DNA from: a virus
Taxonomy: Duplodnaviria; Caudoviricetes
DNA length: 44,273 nt
Virus record (IMG/VR): IMGVR_UViG_3300019754_000008
Coordinates: 1-44,273 of that record
Direction: 5' to 3' (one strand)
Positions 17,456-27,824 of this stretch are shown here, in pieces. The notes below the pieces were generated by a model, which was not told the DNA's origin, searched no databases, and saw only the letters and a list, made by a program, of their open reading frames with translations. Each line of letters starts with the position of its first letter. Within the stretch, counting starts at the first letter, position 1. The translations under genes were made by a program, and so were the position numbers.

Positions 17456-18006
17456 TTGATGTAATGCTAGATATAGAAACTTTAGGCACTGACTCAAACT
17501 CTGTAATAGTATCAATTAGTGCAGTAGTATTTGACTTACAAACAGGCAAAATTGGCGGAGAGTATGAAGTAGGTGTAAATATACTCGAGCAATTACTTAA
17601 TGGTGGAGTAATAGATACTTCTACTATAGGGTGGTGGGTAACTCAAAGTGCAGTTGCAAAGCAAGCACTAACAAACATAATACCTCAAGACTTAGATGGT
17701 GTACTAAAAAGCTTTAATACTTGGTTAGCTGCATCAACTACTGGGCAGCTTAAGGATGTGCACATATGGGGAAATGGTACAGTATTTGATAATGTAATAG
17801 TTCGTAATTTATACAAAAGGAGCGGAGTTAGCTTTGTTTTACCTTATTGGTGTGATATGGATGTAAGAACATTAGTAGCAGTAGCAGGTATTAATACTAA
17901 AAGCTTTAAATTTGAAGGCACTAAACATTGTGGTATTGACGATTGTAAGCACCAAATAAAATATTGTGCTGCAGCTTACAAGGAGCTAAATAATGGCAAA
18001 AATTAA
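17452..18006 (+). CDS. DEDDh 3'-5' exonuclease (Rv2179c-like)
   Basis: MLDIETLG, WGNGxxFD, DVRT, HCGIDD. Confidence 0.88.
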   Translation: MIDVMLDIETLGTDSNSVIVSISAVVFDLQTGKIGGEYEVGVNILEQLLNGGVIDTSTIGWWVTQSAVAKQALTNIIPQDLDGVLKSFNTWLAASTTGQLKDVHIWGNGTVFDNVIVRNLYKRSGVSFVLPYWCDMDVRTLVAVAGINTKSFKFEGTKHCGIDDCKHQIKYCAAAYKELNNGKN

Positions 18007-18838
18007 TAAAGCACTAGATTATAATAAACTTCTTATAGACCAAGCAAATGGCAAGTTACTTAAAAAACACCTAAAGTTTGGCTTATGGGCAAGTGTAAAA
18101 TACGATGGAAATTATGTTGTTGTGCATGTAAGTGATAAAGGCACAACATTTGAAACTAGTGGTGGCTTATTTTATACACATTTAGACAATGCAGGAGATG
18201 TATTTGCTAATGGGCTTAAAGGGTTTTACTTTGCTGAGCGTATTGCAGGAAATGGTAAACTAGGAGATAGAAATAAATGTAACCTAAAAGGCCCTAAGCA
18301 TGCACAGACATCAGAAGGGCATAGCTATAAGGTATTTGGTTATGTTACAGAAGAGGAGTATGCACAAGGATACTCAAATGTTATGTACCCTTATATGGCT
18401 ACTATTATAAGTAAAACTATACCTAGTGATAGTATAGCAGAGCCAGTATTTATAGGTAATATTAATAAGCTTAATAGCTTATTAAGCTATACAACAGGTA
18501 TAGGCTATGAAGGGCTAATGTTAATGGCTACTGACTATAGTTGGAAAGATACAAAAACTAGGGATGTAAAATTAGCTAAGTACAAGAAAAGGCCTACTGC
18601 AGATTTAAAGTGCATAGGTGTAACTGAAGGTGAAGGTAAGTATACTGGGCTTATAGGGTCTTTAATTCTTGAAGATGATGAAGGCAGAATAGTTAATGTA
18701 GGTAGTGGTCTTAATGATGCCGATAGGAATGCAAAGCCAGACTACTTTATTGGTAGAGTTGTTGAAATCGAGTATGAGCATATAGCAGATACTTACATTC
18801 AGCCAACTTATAAATTTATTAGAAAGGATAAGCAATGA
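17993..18838 (+). CDS. lig: ATP-dependent DNA ligase
   Basis: KYDG adenylation motif, EGLML, KYK, GEGKY, VGSG. Confidence 0.92.
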   Translation: MAKINKALDYNKLLIDQANGKLLKKHLKFGLWASVKYDGNYVVVHVSDKGTTFETSGGLFYTHLDNAGDVFANGLKGFYFAERIAGNGKLGDRNKCNLKGPKHAQTSEGHSYKVFGYVTEEEYAQGYSNVMYPYMATIISKTIPSDSIAEPVFIGNINKLNSLLSYTTGIGYEGLMLMATDYSWKDTKTRDVKLAKYKKRPTADLKCIGVTEGEGKYTGLIGSLILEDDEGRIVNVGSGLNDADRNAKPDYFIGRVVEIEYEHIADTYIQPTYKFIRKDKQ

Positions 18839-19263
18839 AAATTACGATAGAATTGGAAGAACTAGATTTAAAAGGTAAGGGTATTTTTGATGAGGCTGCT
18901 TATCCTAATGAAGGCATATACTTAGTAAATGATAATATAGCTTACAATATTGTAAGTAAGGTAAATGGTAGTGTTTACACAGTACCTATAGCTAATAAAG
19001 ATATACTTAAGCAGTATATAGATGCAGATACTGCTGTTGCTTGTATAAATATAAATAGAGATATAGATAATAAATTTGACACTATTCTTGATGCTATTAA
19101 ACATCAGCCAAGCACTATGGTGCAAACACTAAGTAATATTTTAAGTAATACAGAAACTATTATAAATTCAAAGCATGAAAGTAATGATAGTAATGTAAAT
19201 ATAAAAGACTTAACACACTTAGTTGCAGTAGCTCAAAAGCCAGAATTAATAAAGGATAAGTAA
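18835..19263 (+). CDS. Hypothetical protein
   Basis: Coupled ORF. Confidence 0.7.
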   Translation: MKITIELEELDLKGKGIFDEAAYPNEGIYLVNDNIAYNIVSKVNGSVYTVPIANKDILKQYIDADTAVACININRDIDNKFDTILDAIKHQPSTMVQTLSNILSNTETIINSKHESNDSNVNIKDLTHLVAVAQKPELIKDK

Positions 19264-19551
19264 ATGAGTAAAGTAATTGAAGTAGGCGATAATGTTATAA
19301 ATGAAGCAGACAATATACAAGCAAAGTACTTAGGCTTAGGTACTTTTTACTCTAAAGAGTATGTTGAGATGCAAGCTGTTATAGAGATTATTCGTGGCGG
19401 AGAGACTAAGCTTGGTATGGTTCAAGCAGTAGAAGCTTTTCAAGCTAAAAACAGAAACATTCAGGTAGCTATGATAGACATAAAAGATAGACGAGCTTTT
19501 ACAGCTATTACTACTGATAAGTTTATATTAAATTACAGAAAGGATAAGTAA
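19264..19551 (+). CDS. Hypothetical protein
   Basis: Coupled ORF. Confidence 0.7.
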   Translation: MSKVIEVGDNVINEADNIQAKYLGLGTFYSKEYVEMQAVIEIIRGGETKLGMVQAVEAFQAKNRNIQVAMIDIKDRRAFTAITTDKFILNYRKDK

Positions 19552-19907
19552 TGAGAGAGGCAGCATACCAAAGTAAATTAATGGATAAAATAGTTGATAG
19601 AGGCGGTGTGGTTGTTAATGGCATGTATACTAAAGATGGTGAAAGCGATTTACAAGCAGGTATGCCAGTTAATGGTATACCTGTTTTAGTATATGTTGCA
19701 ATAGAAGTTAAAACAGAAAAAGATTACTACAGAGTAATGAAATGTATTGATACAGATTATAATGTAATTAATGATAAAGGATTAAAAAAGCATGAGGCTT
19801 TACAAATGTATAAAATACGTAATACAAGAAAAAGAGGTGGCTTAGCTTTAGTTGCTTTTAATATAGAACAAGTAGATGAATATATAAGGAGCATACTATG
19901 CAAGTAG
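19551..19907 (+). CDS. VRR-NUC/PD-(D/E)xK nuclease (Holliday junction resolvase-like)
   Basis: N-terminal E, GxSDL, IEVK, LQ, RGG pattern. Confidence 0.8.
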   Translation: MREAAYQSKLMDKIVDRGGVVVNGMYTKDGESDLQAGMPVNGIPVLVYVAIEVKTEKDYYRVMKCIDTDYNVINDKGLKKHEALQMYKIRNTRKRGGLALVAFNIEQVDEYIRSILCK

Positions 19908-20005
19908 CAATAAGTTTAGCTATACTTACTTTATGTTGTGGCTGTGCTTCACCAGATATGATTTTGTTTGGTGAAGCATTAAGAAAAGTTAGTGAGGTAC
20001 TGTAA
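19898..20005 (+). CDS. 35-aa putative lipoprotein (absent from ORF track)
   Basis: MQVAISLAILTLCCGCASP...; AAGGAG RBS; TAATG coupling to the helicase gene. Confidence 0.6.
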   Translation: MQVAISLAILTLCCGCASPDMILFGEALRKVSEVL

Positions 20006-21336
20006 TGACACCTTATCCACATCAAATATATTTTGCAGACAAGTGTTATGAAGTGCTATCAGACAAAGGATATGTATATCTTGCTGGTAAACCTAGGTCT
20101 GGCAAAACTTACACAGCTATACTAACTGCTGAGAAATGTGCCGGGCACATTAAGAGTGTACTTGTGCTAACTAAGACGGCTGCTATAGGGTACCCTAAAT
20201 TATTAGACAAAGAAGGTAATGAAGTAAAGGATAAACATGGCATTGCAAAATTAGTAAAAGACAAACACTCTAAACATTATGATGTAGCTAGAGAAGAAGG
20301 CTGGCTTAAATTTATAACTAATAATACAAGACTTAAAAAGACTTACACTGTTACTAACTATGAGCAAGTAGGTACATTTAAGGCTGGTAGGTATAACCTA
20401 AAGTTAGACCCTGAAGACTATGATTTAGTTATAATAGATGAGTCACATAACTTAGGTACTTTAGGTAAACCAAGCAATAGAATTAAATGTATAAGAAAGC
20501 TTTGTTGGGATATGCCTCATATACATTTATCAGGAACAGCAATAGTTGAAAGCCCTAATAGTATATATCATCAAATGTGCATATCTAAGTGGAGCCCATT
20601 TAGATATAGAAACTTTTATGACTTCTTTAGAGTGTATGGCAATCCTTACTATATTAAGGTAATGGGAAGAGAGTTACAACAGTATGATAAATATAAACCA
20701 GAGCTATTAGATAGAATAGATGAGTTTACTGTTTATATGACTCAAGAAGATGCAGGAATAGCTAAAGAGCTGCAGGCTGTAGATAAAGTACATTATGTTG
20801 AATTGCAAGATACAGTTAAGGAAGTATACAATAGGCTACAAAAGCATAATGTATATGACTTTACTGACGGCTTTGAAATAGTATGCGATAGTGTAATGAA
20901 ACTAAGAACTGCATTGCATATGTTAGAAAGTGGGATAGCTAAATCCGGCAATAAATATGTAGAGTTAGGAAATACTGAAAAGGTGCAATATGTTAAAGAT
21001 ACATTTGGCGATACAGAAGATGTAGGTATTATGGCTCACTTTGTTGGTGAGCGTATTCTTCTTTATAGGCACTTTAAGAATGCTACTATTTATAGCTCTA
21101 ATGCACATTCTGAAGGCGTTGACCTTAGCCATCTTAAGCATTTTATCATATTTAGTTCAGACTATAGTGGCTCTAAGTTTATTCAACGAAGAGAAAGAAT
21201 AATTAATACTGAAGGCAGTAATACACTATTAGTACATCATATATTAGTTAAGAAAGCCATTAGTGAGCAAGTGTATAATAGAGTGTCGAAGAAGCAAGAC
21301 TTCAACAACTCTACTTATATACGAGAAGAAATTTAG
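20005..21336 (+). CDS. SF2 (SNF2/DExH-like) helicase
   Basis: GKPRSGKT, TNYE, IIDESH, LSGT, EGVDL, QRRER. Confidence 0.88.
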   Translation: MTPYPHQIYFADKCYEVLSDKGYVYLAGKPRSGKTYTAILTAEKCAGHIKSVLVLTKTAAIGYPKLLDKEGNEVKDKHGIAKLVKDKHSKHYDVAREEGWLKFITNNTRLKKTYTVTNYEQVGTFKAGRYNLKLDPEDYDLVIIDESHNLGTLGKPSNRIKCIRKLCWDMPHIHLSGTAIVESPNSIYHQMCISKWSPFRYRNFYDFFRVYGNPYYIKVMGRELQQYDKYKPELLDRIDEFTVYMTQEDAGIAKELQAVDKVHYVELQDTVKEVYNRLQKHNVYDFTDGFEIVCDSVMKLRTALHMLESGIAKSGNKYVELGNTEKVQYVKDTFGDTEDVGIMAHFVGERILLYRHFKNATIYSSNAHSEGVDLSHLKHFIIFSSDYSGSKFIQRRERIINTEGSNTLLVHHILVKKAISEQVYNRVSKKQDFNNSTYIREEI

Positions 21337-21361
21337 ATAAGTAGCTATATGCTACTTATCT
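21335..21361. terminator. Hairpin, probable bidirectional terminator where the two arms converge
   Basis: AGATAAGTAGC-TATAT-GCTACTTATCT perfect 11-bp stem. Confidence 0.75.
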
Positions 21362-21588
21362 TTCTTATACATTTCGTTAGCTTTCTTAACTCCATATGAT
21401 AAGAAGTTAGTATTGCTATTTTCTCCAAATGCTTTAACTGCTTGGTCTATTGAAGACTTGCTAAAGTCTTTCATCTTCCAATACTTTTTATACTTTGCTT
21501 GAAGCTCTTTGTCTCCACTTTTAGCAACTTTGTTTATAGCCTCACTATACTTTCCTGCATCAGTTAATGCTTGAATTTCTTTACTCAT
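21352..21588 (-). CDS. Hypothetical late protein
   Basis: ORF with AAGGA RBS. Confidence 0.7.
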   Translation of the reverse strand: MSKEIQALTDAGKYSEAINKVAKSGDKELQAKYKKYWKMKDFSKSSIDQAVKAFGENSNTNFLSYGVKKANEMYKKDK

Positions 21589-21597
21589 TGTTTTCCT

Positions 21598-23922
21598 TTA
21601 GTTTACTGTATCTTTAAGTGTTTCCATATTTTGTGGTGCCATTTGATTAGGCTTAGCTATTTGCAATGCTTCATCTTCTAATAGTTTAGCTTGTTGTCCA
21701 AGTCTACCTAAAGCATCTGAAATACCTTTAGGCATGCCTTTACCATAAGACTTACCTTCTCTTAAATATCTACTAACTTTATTTATATCACTCTCTAGAG
21801 CACTTCTAGTTACTCTACCTGCAGCATACCCAGCACCACCACCAATTAGCATAGAGGTAAGTAACCCTTCTAATGTAATGTCTTCTTCTTTTTTAGTATT
21901 TGCTATATTAACTGTTGCTCCAACTAATGCACCTGTTAGAGTTCTGAACTTAGGCTGGTTGTATACTACTTTTTCAGCCGTCTTAGCCATATGGTAAGTA
22001 ATAGCATCCCTAATTAACTTCATTCCTCTGCCTGGCATATTAAGCACATCACCGGTACCCTCGACATAATCAAGCTTACCTCCTGTTATGCCTCTACCAT
22101 ATTTACTAGCTGCATTTTCTAAGTCACTATAGTTTTGCATTAAGCCTTTTAAAGACTTAAGATTATTCATTTCTTTTTCACCTAAAACTTGTTTAATCAT
22201 AGCAAAATCTTGGGCATCTAATGAAGCTATCTTATCTGCAGCTGCACTTATATCTACTCTGTTAGATATACCTAAAGCTTTCTTACTATCTAGTATAGTG
22301 CCTATCTTATCAACAGTTAAACCCAGTTTATCATTAAGGTATAAACTAAAGGTTTGTTTATAAGCTGCACTATCTTTACCTAGTATATCTCGTACATAAA
22401 GTATATTTTCTTTAGCATTTGGGCCAGTAACAAATTCAGAAATGCCTGCACTATTACCATCTTCAAGCATGTCAGCTATACCTTTATGTATACCACCAGT
22501 ATCTTTAGGGCCAAATATTTCAGACCTTTTCTTAGTAACATCTCTAGCTTTACTTAGGGCTTTCTTTAGTTCTGGATTATCTATATTTGCATCTATAAAT
22601 TCATTGAGTTTTGTTTTAGCTATCTGTAACCCTCTTAATTCATCTGCATCTTTCATACTAATAGTACCACCAGGTTTAAATAGTTTACTATTAATAAGTT
22701 TAACTGAAGCAAGTAAGTCTTCTGTATTCATATATTTTACATCTCTAAGGTCTTTATTAGTTTGCACATTCTCTTTTATAGCTAAACTGTTATCTTCTAT
22801 CTTACTTTGTAATTTTTCAGCTAGTTTACTATTGCCATCAGCTATTGCTTTCTTTTGCTGAGCTTTAAGTTTCTTTGCATTAACTACTAATGATTGCCTA
22901 GACTTATTTAGTGCTGCTAGCTTTGTTGTTTCTTCTTTAAAAGGCTTTGCAAATCTATTTAGTATTTTATTAACTGCTTCAACTGCAACAGGAGGTACAC
23001 CATCTTCAGTTAAAGTCTTTCGTAAATCTTTTGTAAATATATCTACTTTATACTGAGTCTTTATACTTTTAGCTATAGGAGTTACTTTACTATACAGCTC
23101 TTTTTCTATATCTTTATATGCTTTACGAAGTTTCTTAACTTCACCCTTAATAATACCTTCAGCTTGCTTTACATTTCTCCAGCTATTAATATCTTTTGGG
23201 TCTATATTAGCTGCTTTAAGTTTATTAACTACATTGTTAGTCATCTCTAAATAATCGTTCTTTAGCTTTTCTTGTGTTAAGAATGTATCTCTAGTAGCAA
23301 ACAAGTTATTTGAGCTTAAGTACTGAGCTGTATCTTTACCTTTAGAGCTGTGAAGAAGAAAGTCAGTTTTAATTAGGCCATGCTCATCCATAAAGTTAAT
23401 AGTATTCTCATACTCAGCTTTATCGTCATCAGTCATACGTTCCATAAACTTTCTAACACTAGGGTTCATTTGTACTGCATCTAACACTTTAGCACCAACT
23501 GTAAATACACCTTTAACTAAAGCATTCTCGCCAACTATTGCAGCAGGGTCTAAGAAAGACATCTCTAGGCCTGGCTCTTGTATAGTAGGGTCTGGGTTTT
23601 CTAAAGCTTCTTGAGTTGCTGCTTTTTCTGCAGCTATTTCTTTATTTTGTGTATCTAAAGACTCTTGTATATTAGCTCTATTTTGCTCAATATCAGATTG
23701 TGTAGGTATAATATTTACTTGCTCTTCATCTGCTTTAGGCACATTACTAATAAGCTGCTCATTGCTAGGTGCAGTAAAATTAGCTAAGTCTACACCTAAA
23801 TGTGCACCTATTTCTTCTTCACTATACCCAGCACTTTTAGCTTCATCAATTTTAGGTTGCATAAAAGCTTTTATTTCTTCATCACTATACCCAGCATCTA
23901 AAGCTTCTTGATATTTACTCAT
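21598..23922 (-). CDS. Large internal virion/DNA ejection protein (putative)
   Basis: Large helical protein; N-terminal AGYSDEEI/AGYSEEEI repeats; hydrophobic Gly-rich C-terminal helices. Confidence 0.65.
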   Translation of the reverse strand: MSKYQEALDAGYSDEEIKAFMQPKIDEAKSAGYSEEEIGAHLGVDLANFTAPSNEQLISNVPKADEEQVNIIPTQSDIEQNRANIQESLDTQNKEIAAEKAATQEALENPDPTIQEPGLEMSFLDPAAIVGENALVKGVFTVGAKVLDAVQMNPSVRKFMERMTDDDKAEYENTINFMDEHGLIKTDFLLHSSKGKDTAQYLSSNNLFATRDTFLTQEKLKNDYLEMTNNVVNKLKAANIDPKDINSWRNVKQAEGIIKGEVKKLRKAYKDIEKELYSKVTPIAKSIKTQYKVDIFTKDLRKTLTEDGVPPVAVEAVNKILNRFAKPFKEETTKLAALNKSRQSLVVNAKKLKAQQKKAIADGNSKLAEKLQSKIEDNSLAIKENVQTNKDLRDVKYMNTEDLLASVKLINSKLFKPGGTISMKDADELRGLQIAKTKLNEFIDANIDNPELKKALSKARDVTKKRSEIFGPKDTGGIHKGIADMLEDGNSAGISEFVTGPNAKENILYVRDILGKDSAAYKQTFSLYLNDKLGLTVDKIGTILDSKKALGISNRVDISAAADKIASLDAQDFAMIKQVLGEKEMNNLKSLKGLMQNYSDLENAASKYGRGITGGKLDYVEGTGDVLNMPGRGMKLIRDAITYHMAKTAEKVVYNQPKFRTLTGALVGATVNIANTKKEEDITLEGLLTSMLIGGGAGYAAGRVTRSALESDINKVSRYLREGKSYGKGMPKGISDALGRLGQQAKLLEDEALQIAKPNQMAPQNMETLKDTVN

Positions 23923-25781
23923 TTATTAGCTCCTTGATTATATCCAGCAGGCTGTGCATCATTAGTCATACCCATAGCATCAGTCAGTGCTCCTATACCT
24001 TCTGCTCCTCCACCTTGCTGTGCTGCTACATCTCTAGGGTCTCTAGTTTGTGCAGGCTCTAGCATTTCAGCAGTCTCACTAAATATTTGTGCTATCTCTT
24101 CACTATGCCTAGACTTCAAACCTTTAACATGCAAGTTAAGAACCTTAGCATAAGCTGCAGGTCTTGCATTCATTAAGAAAGTTCCAGCTGGCCCTTGTAC
24201 TATTGTTTCAAGAGTAAGTCTTTCTATATCATCAGAGTCGTTAAATGAATTGCTAGTTACAGATATATCAAGCTCATCAAAATCTATAGTAGTATCTAGG
24301 TCAACTATTGGTTCAATAGTGTATGAGCCATCTTCTTGTATTTCAGGCTCGCCTTTGTCATTAAGCATTTCTCTATACATTAGCTCTGTTTCAGGTTCAC
24401 CTTTATCATTTACTTGACCTGTAGGCATTTCAAAAGGTTTATTTAGCTCTAACCATCTTTCACCTGTAGCTTCATCAGTAACTCTTAGCATTCTCTCTGA
24501 TGTGTAGAATTGCTTAGCATGATGTGCTATATCCATAGCTAACTCTTCAAGCATAAACTCTAAGTGCTCTGTTAAGTAACTCATAGAACTAATAGATGAA
24601 TTTTGTTGAAGTCTTACTTTACGGCCACTGTCAGATGCCATTGAAGTTCCCATAAAAGCATCATTAATATTTAGCACTTTCTGTATTCTATCTAGTGCTG
24701 CATCAAGTATTCTATATTGCTCAATTACTTGAGTAGATAAATTAATAACTTTAACTCCATTGATATCATTAACTTTTATTATAGCATTTACTCTATTATA
24801 CTGCTCTTCAAATGTAACTAAATCACCTTGCTCTAGAGCAGTGTCAGTAACTAATACTTTATCACTATTAACTAATAACTGTATTTGTAATAGTGCTTGA
24901 TTAATAGCTTTCTGTGTTTCTACTAGCTCTCTAAATGGGCCGTAAATCTCAGCTTTATCATTCTCTTCTAAAATAAAAGGCCTATGCACCCACTTAACTT
25001 TTTCAAACTTGTGCTCTACTTTTTCTAGTATAGTATCTTCACACCAAAATATAGACCAAGTTTTGTCATCATCTTGCATAACTGTATGCACAATAAGGTA
25101 GTGGTCCCACATCTTATACTCACCTACAAACTCTTGGTTATACTTATCAGCTAACTCATAATCAGAAATTTGCTCTGTATTTGTGTTTTCAGGTATTTCA
25201 GCTATTTTACTTTTGCCAAATAGTTTCTCTGCTTCTTCTCTAGCCATCCACTTCCATGTATGAGTAAATCTACCATCACTATAATCTGCTTTTGTAGCTA
25301 ATGGGTCTGATAAGAACTGGTTGCCTGGGGTCTTGTCAATCTTTAACCTTATCTCACTTCTGCCAAATCTGTCTTTTTTGCCTGAGTCTTCTGGTACCAT
25401 ATACGATACACATATACCTCTAAGTAACATATCACTAGCCCAACGAGGTATTAGCTTCTTAAATTTATTTACTCTAAATTCTGTATTAATTACATCTTGA
25501 GCCATTGCAGCTTTAGCTGTATTTTTTATACTGCCTACAGGTGCTACTTTAACTGTATTAACTACACTATTAAAGTAACCTATCATAAGCCTATGATACA
25601 TTTTAATAACATTAAAAGTTTCTTTAGGCTGACCACGATTAGTTAGTACATTCAGCTGCTGATTAGTATAGTGTCTGTTGTGGTAAAGGTCTACTATCTC
25701 TTTCTGCTCAGCCCTGCTAGACTCAAATGCATCATAGCTAAACTTAAATGTATCTTTACAATTCTGTATAGTAGGTTTCAT
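23919..25781 (-). CDS. Portal protein (P22/N4-like)
   Basis: 620 aa; LYHNRHY..RGQP..FNVI N-terminus, DP..DYSDGRF, YGPFRELVETQKAIN, SG..Q motifs. Confidence 0.85.
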   Translation of the reverse strand: MKPTIQNCKDTFKFSYDAFESSRAEQKEIVDLYHNRHYTNQQLNVLTNRGQPKETFNVIKMYHRLMIGYFNSVVNTVKVAPVGSIKNTAKAAMAQDVINTEFRVNKFKKLIPRWASDMLLRGICVSYMVPEDSGKKDRFGRSEIRLKIDKTPGNQFLSDPLATKADYSDGRFTHTWKWMAREEAEKLFGKSKIAEIPENTNTEQISDYELADKYNQEFVGEYKMWDHYLIVHTVMQDDDKTWSIFWCEDTILEKVEHKFEKVKWVHRPFILEENDKAEIYGPFRELVETQKAINQALLQIQLLVNSDKVLVTDTALEQGDLVTFEEQYNRVNAIIKVNDINGVKVINLSTQVIEQYRILDAALDRIQKVLNINDAFMGTSMASDSGRKVRLQQNSSISSMSYLTEHLEFMLEELAMDIAHHAKQFYTSERMLRVTDEATGERWLELNKPFEMPTGQVNDKGEPETELMYREMLNDKGEPEIQEDGSYTIEPIVDLDTTIDFDELDISVTSNSFNDSDDIERLTLETIVQGPAGTFLMNARPAAYAKVLNLHVKGLKSRHSEEIAQIFSETAEMLEPAQTRDPRDVAAQQGGGAEGIGALTDAMGMTNDAQPAGYNQGANK

Positions 25782-27190
25782 TATTTACCACCAAATATTT
25801 CATCTAATGACTTTTTCTTAGGTACAGCTTTACTCATTTCATTTTTATAGTACATATAGTCAAATGGGTTTTGAGTCTTACTATTCTCTATGTTAAGATT
25901 TACTTCAGTATTCATAGACCCTATCCAGCCACTTAAAGCTGATTTCATAGTATCTATATTCTTAAGTTTATCTGTACCAAATAAGTTTGATAGCCTTTGA
26001 TATTCTGCTTCTGCAACTGCAGTACCTGATATTGATTTAATATATTGAGCAACTAAGTTACCTATCTTACTTTCAAACTTTATAGACTTAAGTATCTTTT
26101 CTTGTTCTGTAGCAGGAAGCTTTTTAAAATCTGTATCGCTAAAGTATGAAGATATAGCTTTAATACCTTGGTCTTGTATACCTTTACTAAGTTCTTCATC
26201 TTTTAAGCTATGTATTTCTTTACTAAGTTTATTTGCTTCATGTACAACATTAATACCACTAAGTACTTTATCTTTAGTTATGTCTTTGTCTTTAAATAGC
26301 TTTAATCTTTTAGCATCTGCTAAAGTTTCCGTTAGCTCTTTACCTGTAGGCATATTAGCATCTTTACTAAATACTGTATCTATAGCTTTTTGCATTAAAG
26401 GTTTTTGCTCTGCCCTTATTTGCTCATCGCCTGAGTAAAGTTTTTCATTCCATACTTCAGCTGAAGCTTTATTATATTCAGGTGAGCCTTTAGGGCCAAA
26501 ACGTAAACCATAGTCATGAGCCATTTTGCCTTCTTTACTTAGTGGTTCTACACTGGCTCCACCAGAAGTCTCTTGCTCAAGCTTAACATTTTCTAGCCTA
26601 GCTTTTTCCAGTGCATACTTCTGAGTCATCTCTTCTTGTTCATCAGCGCTTAACTGCTTTTGAAACCCATTAATAGTATTAAATTCTGCTAAGTCTAAAA
26701 ATTCAGTAGTACCATCTTGCATAATAGCTTTAACCATTCTATTAGGATTAATTTTTAATCCTTGCTCATGCACTTCTTTTGGCAGCAAGTGGCTATCTTT
26801 AATGCTTAATGGCTCTATTCTAACAACAGGCTTTCCACTATCTGTTAATGAGCCTAGAGACTGCCCTAGACCTTGAACATGCTGTAGTGCATTATTCATT
26901 GAAGATGTGTCATTAGGGTCTTTTCTATTATTATAAGCTCTAACATACTTATATGTTTTTTCTTTAGTAATTTCTTGTTGCTGCCTAGCATTTTGAGCTT
27001 TTATAGCTTCTAGTTGTTCCTGAAGCATTTCTGTAGAGATTTCAGCCTTCTGCGTATTAAGGCCGAACATTTTTTTACGGCGTTCTCTCTCTTTAACTAA
27101 CTCTTCTTGAGTTGCTCTATCTTGCTCACCTTTTATTTTTGCTGTGCTGCCTTTAGCAATACTAGAAGCTACACCACTAAAAAATCCCAT
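25781..27190 (-). CDS. Internal virion/ejection protein (putative)
   Basis: MGFFSG start, coiled coils, SGTAVAEAE motif, SLDEIFG end. Confidence 0.6.
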   Translation of the reverse strand: MGFFSGVASSIAKGSTAKIKGEQDRATQEELVKERERRKKMFGLNTQKAEISTEMLQEQLEAIKAQNARQQQEITKEKTYKYVRAYNNRKDPNDTSSMNNALQHVQGLGQSLGSLTDSGKPVVRIEPLSIKDSHLLPKEVHEQGLKINPNRMVKAIMQDGTTEFLDLAEFNTINGFQKQLSADEQEEMTQKYALEKARLENVKLEQETSGGASVEPLSKEGKMAHDYGLRFGPKGSPEYNKASAEVWNEKLYSGDEQIRAEQKPLMQKAIDTVFSKDANMPTGKELTETLADAKRLKLFKDKDITKDKVLSGINVVHEANKLSKEIHSLKDEELSKGIQDQGIKAISSYFSDTDFKKLPATEQEKILKSIKFESKIGNLVAQYIKSISGTAVAEAEYQRLSNLFGTDKLKNIDTMKSALSGWIGSMNTEVNLNIENSKTQNPFDYMYYKNEMSKAVPKKKSLDEIFGGK

Positions 27191-27199
27191 ACTATCTCC

Positions 27200-27784
27200 T
27201 TACCAAAACTCTATAGGCTTTTGTGTATAGCCTTCTTTATATTGAGCTGCAGTTATTAAATCTCCTACTGCTTGCCCTGACCCAGTAGCAGTTGCATTAG
27301 CTTGATTAGCTTGATTAGCTAAAGCAGTTTGGTTAGCACTATATATGCCACTCTCCATGCCTAAGCCTAAACCAAGAAAGTTCATCTTCTCAGCAGCAAC
27401 TGCAGAGTCTGCATTTGCCTGAATAGTTGCTCTATTTTCTGTTAACCCTTTTTGTAAATTAAGTTCAGCTTCAGCAGCTATACCTGAACCTGCATCAATA
27501 CCTCTTTGAGCTAAATCAGCTGCAGTTAAGCCAGATGCTTTCTGATACTCTGTTTGGGCTGTTTGTAAATTTTGCTGAGTGTATTTTTCAGGTGTTAAAT
27601 TTTTATAGTATGTAGATAGATTATCTTCTATCGGCCCATAAGTTGCTTCAAATGTAGCAACTCTATCAGCTGCTAATTGAGTAGACTTATTTGTTGCATC
27701 TGAAGCATCTTTAGACGCTTCGTAACCAACATATGCTGATGCTACACCAGTAGCCAAACCAGCCCAGTCAAATAAACTTGCCAT
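27200..27784 (-). CDS. Small internal virion/ejection protein (putative)
   Basis: Ala/Gly/Gln-rich; LAQRGI..SG motif. Confidence 0.6.
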   Translation of the reverse strand: MASLFDWAGLATGVASAYVGYEASKDASDATNKSTQLAADRVATFEATYGPIEDNLSTYYKNLTPEKYTQQNLQTAQTEYQKASGLTAADLAQRGIDAGSGIAAEAELNLQKGLTENRATIQANADSAVAAEKMNFLGLGLGMESGIYSANQTALANQANQANATATGSGQAVGDLITAAQYKEGYTQKPIEFW

Positions 27785-27800
27785 ATTTTATCCTTTTCAT

Positions 27801-27810
27801 ATTATATCAT
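27801..27810 (-). promoter_or_regulatory. Extended -10 promoter (ATGATATAAT)
   Basis: Motif upstream of the 27784 start and its AAGGA RBS. Confidence 0.65.
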
Positions 27811-27824
27811 TTTAATTATTAAAA

